Shown here: piece by piece, positions 60,732 through 64,000 of the stretch
Layout of the letters: each line of letters begins with the position of its first letter
How positions within the stretch are numbered: the first letter of the stretch is position 1
Source: Thermoplasmata archaeon
GTDB taxonomy: Archaea; Thermoplasmatota; Thermoplasmata; Thermoplasmatales; Thermoplasmataceae
DNA length: 64,000 nt
Assembly: GCA_021821635.1 (NCBI GenBank)
Contig: JAKACH010000001.1
Coordinates: forward strand, 8,304 to 72,303
Direction of reading: 5' to 3'
The notes under the pieces: generated by a model
Told to the model about the DNA's origin: nothing
Databases searched by the model: none
The model's input: the letters and a program-made list of their open reading frames with translations, nothing else
Program-made: the position numbers and the translations under genes

Positions 60732-62169
60732 TTGGACGTCTGCTGACTATCGGGACAGAATTGCAATCATAGACAGGATCACGGTCTCACTTCCAGTCAT
60801 TGAGAAGAGAAAGATCAGTTCCAGCATTCTGATTGAATCTCAGGGCGTAAGACATGAATTCCAACTAATCTTCTCATACAGGGAGGATCTCCAGATAACT
60901 GAGAACCTGGCAGGGCTCATACTGACGATGCCTGTCATAAACTTCACCTATTTTGCAAAGGAACTGGTGCTCGACTTTGAGGTCTCCGAGACCGACATTT
61001 CCCAGTTAAATGCATTCATAAACGTAAACAACAGGGAGGTCTTTGTAAATGCAATTTGCAGAAGAAGGTATGACTTCTACAAGCCAGAAGCTATACCCAA
61101 ACTGTATGAGATAACTGAAGCAAATGCGAATGGCATTACCAGACTGATTGCTAAAAAGGTCATCCCAAATGCAGAAGGCAAAAAATTTTCGATGAATAAC
61201 GGGAAGGCTGCCGTTCTGTCAAGCGGTGGAAAGGAGAGCCTCCTGACATATTCTATCCTGAAAGAGGCTAAGTTTGACGTCCACCCAATATTCTTCAACG
61301 AATCAGGGGCACACTGGAGAGCAGCTAAACCTGCTTTTGATTCCTTTACGCAGGACAATAATAATACAACGAAGGTATGGTCAAATGCCGACAGGTTTTA
61401 CAGGTTCTGCCTTGGGCTCCTGCCATTCCTTAACCAGGGCGTGATCAGAAAGAGGACAGATACATACCCGGTACAACTGTTCACTTTTCCCGTATACATA
61501 ATGTCAATGGTTCCCGTGCTTATATCTCGTGGAATTCCTATTGCATTCATGGGCAACGAGTTTGATGATCCAAAAGACATGCCACCCTTCCATGGCATAC
61601 GGCACTACCACGCAATCTTCGATCAGACACCCGATTTCACCAACATGATGTCATCATATCTTCTTTCCAAAGGCTTCAACCTCTCAATATCTTCTCTAGT
61701 ATATCCCGTAACTGCAACAATAGTCGAGCGCATATTGATCCGGCGTTATCATGACATATTTGTTTTGCAGCGATCCTGCCATTCCTGCTCATCTATCGAC
61801 GGCAGGATAATACCATGCGGTAAGTGTTCAAAATGCATGGGCATAATTATGCTCATCCTTGGATCCGACGGAGATCCTGGCAGGATTGGATATAAAAAGG
61901 CGGATATCGAGAACGCAAAGATCAGTTCCGGTAAGCTCCGACTTGATTCAGATGAAATTGAATATCTCTACTCTGTCAACAAGGCAGATTCGCATGTTAC
62001 AGGGATCCATGTACTTCCATTTGAGGAATATCCGTTTTCGCTTCTCCCGAAAAGAATCCGGCAGGCTGTACTTCCTATATTTATGCAATATACTTCCGGT
62101 GTTTATGCCCTCGATAATGGTTCATGGAAGAAGACTCAGAAATATGATTCTATCATGGCAAGAAGCTGA
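60721..62169 (+). CDS. adenine-nucleotide alpha-hydrolase-like protein (MurL/QueC-like), putative Zn-binding
   Basis: PP-loop-like SSGGKES, GNE, DQ and SCH.C...PCGKCSKC. Confidence 0.75.
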   Translation: MGSDWTSADYRDRIAIIDRITVSLPVIEKRKISSSILIESQGVRHEFQLIFSYREDLQITENLAGLILTMPVINFTYFAKELVLDFEVSETDISQLNAFINVNNREVFVNAICRRRYDFYKPEAIPKLYEITEANANGITRLIAKKVIPNAEGKKFSMNNGKAAVLSSGGKESLLTYSILKEAKFDVHPIFFNESGAHWRAAKPAFDSFTQDNNNTTKVWSNADRFYRFCLGLLPFLNQGVIRKRTDTYPVQLFTFPVYIMSMVPVLISRGIPIAFMGNEFDDPKDMPPFHGIRHYHAIFDQTPDFTNMMSSYLLSKGFNLSISSLVYPVTATIVERILIRRYHDIFVLQRSCHSCSSIDGRIIPCGKCSKCMGIIMLILGSDGDPGRIGYKKADIENAKISSGKLRLDSDEIEYLYSVNKADSHVTGIHVLPFEEYPFSLLPKRIRQAVLPIFMQYTSGVYALDNGSWKKTQKYDSIMARS

Positions 62170-62636
62170 TCCTGGCTTTCTGCCGTTGCATATTCGGCCA
62201 ATGGCGCTGCGTTAAGAGAAAGAAAGCTGTGTCCCCAATTGAACTTTGACATGACCTGTTCCGCAAGTTCTGTGTAACCTGTAATGTAAAGCGCCGCGCA
62301 AACGGCCTCGGCTGATGAAAGTACATTCGGCTTACCATAATTCACGGGGTTTGCCGCAAGGAGCGTAGGAAGCTTCCTCTGTCTCCTGTAAACCCCTCTT
62401 TCCAGCCTTCCGGGGTTGCTCCAGGATCCGTCAAGTGCGCATAAGCCACATCTCTCTACTGCGGCCTTGTCTGATTTGAGAATATAGAGTTCTGCGAAAG
62501 GATTCAGGACAACGGAACAACCAATCCTGTTTTCTGGTATCTGTCCTGCAAGACCCAGTCTCTGGAGCTTCTTCATGGTCGATTTCTTCGGGTCGTCCTC
62601 CCCGTAGTATACGAACCTGATAATAACTGATCGCAA
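62136..62636 (-). CDS. tsr3: 16S rRNA aminocarboxypropyltransferase Tsr3 (DUF367)
   Basis: DDPKKST.KKL, LD.SW, R.LP.LLAANPVNYG...LS.AEA..AAL and F.WGH.F..LN. Confidence 0.93.
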   Translation of the reverse strand: MRSVIIRFVYYGEDDPKKSTMKKLQRLGLAGQIPENRIGCSVVLNPFAELYILKSDKAAVERCGLCALDGSWSNPGRLERGVYRRQRKLPTLLAANPVNYGKPNVLSSAEAVCAALYITGYTELAEQVMSKFNWGHSFLSLNAAPLAEYATAESQDQLLAMIESYF

Positions 62637-62692
62637 TATTTTACCAGATGTGATTTCGATTAATTTAATTAGCCTCTGAATGCTATCACAAG

Positions 62693-64000
62693 ATGCATTA
62701 CATAGTTATCACGGGTGGAGTTATTTCCGGCCTTGGAAAAGGAACTATCACTTCTAGCCTTTCCCACATTCTCTCCAATTCGGGGCACAACGTTTCTGCC
62801 ATGAAGATTGATCCTTACATAAATTACGATGCTGGCACCATGAATCCTTACCAGCATGGAGAGGTTTTCGTGCTTGAAGACGGCGGGGAAGTGGATCTGG
62901 ACCTGGGAAACTATGAGCGCTTCCTGGACAGAAACCTAGTCACTGACAACAACATAACTACAGGAAAGATCTACAGCGAGGTAATTCGCAGGGAAAGGGA
63001 AGGGAAGTACCTTGGCAGCACCGTTCAGATCATACCGCACATTACAAATGAGATAAAGAGAAGGATACGGGGCCTAGCACAATCTGACTCCGCTGAGATA
63101 TTGCTCATAGAAGTTGGTGGGACAGTCGGTGACATCGAATCCATGCCTTTTCTTGAGGCACTCAGGGAACTCAACAGGGAGGAACCGAGGAACTCAGTTC
63201 TTTTCTGTCACGTTACACTCATACCTGAAGTCGGGGCGAGCAGGGAACAGAAAACAAAGCCAACGCAGCACAGCGTCAATGAGCTGAGGGGAATCGGTAT
63301 CCAGCCAGATATCATATTTTGCAGACTCAAGGGGCAGCTTTCAGACGATTCAAGAAAGAAGATATCCCTATTTACAGATGTCCCCGAGGCTGGAATAATA
63401 GGCGTACCGGATGCAAAGAGCCCATACTGGGTCCCAGAGATCATGAACAAGCAGGGTATCCTGCAGTATATCGAGGCATATTTCGGGATGAAACAATCGA
63501 CCTTCGTGGATCCATGGAAGAAATACAAGGAGAATATAGACAAAGTCAGGGACAGCGTCAGGATCGCCGTGGTTGGCAAATATACGCACCTGCTTGATGC
63601 CTACATGAGCCACAAGGAGGCCTTCACCCATGTTACAGGAGTGACTGGGATAGGAGTCGACCTGGTATGGCTGGATTCAGACAGCCTGAAAGAATCCACG
63701 AATGATCTTGAAGGCGTTGATGGCATCCTTGTTCCAGGCGGCTTCGGCTACAGGGGCGTGGAGGGCAAAATTATCGCATGCAGGTATGCAAGGGAGAACA
63801 AGATACCATTCCTTGGAATCTGCCTTGGTTTCCAGGCTGCAGTTATTGAATATGCCAGGAACGTTCTTGGTATGCAGGGCGCAAACAGCACCGAGTTTGA
63901 TCCGAACACCGAATATCCTGTTATTGATCTTCTACCAGAGCAGGAAGGTGTATCTGACATGGGCGGAACAATGAGGCTTGGTGCAAAAAGCGTAGTTGTC
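62693..64000 (+). CDS. pyrG: CTP synthase (3' end outside the window)
   Basis: Not in ORF track. Manual translation [17 protein letters not shown]...[23 protein letters not shown]...[10 protein letters not shown]...KTKPTQHSV...PGGFG.RG..GK...LGICLG.Q. Confidence 0.97.
   Translation, partial: MHYIVITGGVISGLGKGTITSSLSHILSNSGHNVSAMKIDPYINYDAGTMNPYQHGEVFVLEDGGEVDLDLGNYERFLDRNLVTDNNITTGKIYSEVIRREREGKYLGSTVQIIPHITNEIKRRIRGLAQSDSAEILLIEVGGTVGDIESMPFLEALRELNREEPRNSVLFCHVTLIPEVGASREQKTKPTQHSVNELRGIGIQPDIIFCRLKGQLSDDSRKKISLFTDVPEAGIIGVPDAKSPYWVPEIMNKQGILQYIEAYFGMKQSTFVDPWKKYKENIDKVRDSVRIAVVGKYTHLLDAYMSHKEAFTHVTGVTGIGVDLVWLDSDSLKESTNDLEGVDGILVPGGFGYRGVEGKIIACRYARENKIPFLGICLGFQAAVIEYARNVLGMQGANSTEFDPNTEYPVIDLLPEQEGVSDMGGTMRLGAKSVVV

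Noticed and set aside
62669..63974. several short ORFs at the window end
   Set aside because: All overlap the pyrG frame, which is open to the window edge.
1..64000. CRISPR arrays, rRNA genes, inteins (radA, rtcB) and tRNA introns
   Set aside because: No regularly spaced repeats or rRNA-like stretches were seen, the proteins are normal length, and both tRNAs are uninterrupted.

Overview
Archaeal chromosomal DNA, most consistent with a Thermoplasmatales member (proteasome alpha starting [19 protein letters not shown], thermopsin-family protease, ipk-fni pair, single GINS51-type gene, type II GAPDH). Most of the window is core genome: ipk-fni-ZPR1, gap-radA, ubiX-Mut7C-pelota, tRNA-Glu, RNase P RNA, GINS, psmA, SBDS, rtcB, argS, aroBEKA, GH15 hydrolase, valS, HIT, DTD2, tsr3 and a partial pyrG, plus three very large secreted or membrane-anchored proteins. 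The first ~9.5 kb is an accessory zone around tRNA-Ala(TGC). It holds a transposase remnant, a RelBE pair, a SnoaL-like pseudogene, an 881-bp segment carrying only a VapBC pair between direct repeats of the tRNA 3' end, and a cluster of three methyltransferases plus a GT2. Best candidates for undescribed systems: (1) the att-flanked VapBC mini-element; (2) a coupled operon of a PLP enzyme, DUF1611/DgcN and a MurL/QueC-like protein beside D-aminoacyl-tRNA deacylase; (3) the methyltransferase/GT2/nucleotidyltransferase-like glycan-tailoring genes; (4) a Mut7-C RNase coupled to pelota that seems to need a CTG start; (5) a 1238-aa surface protein with a cytoplasmic winged-helix-like tail. No CRISPR array, rRNA or intact integrase was seen. 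All calls come from reading motifs by eye; no searches were run.
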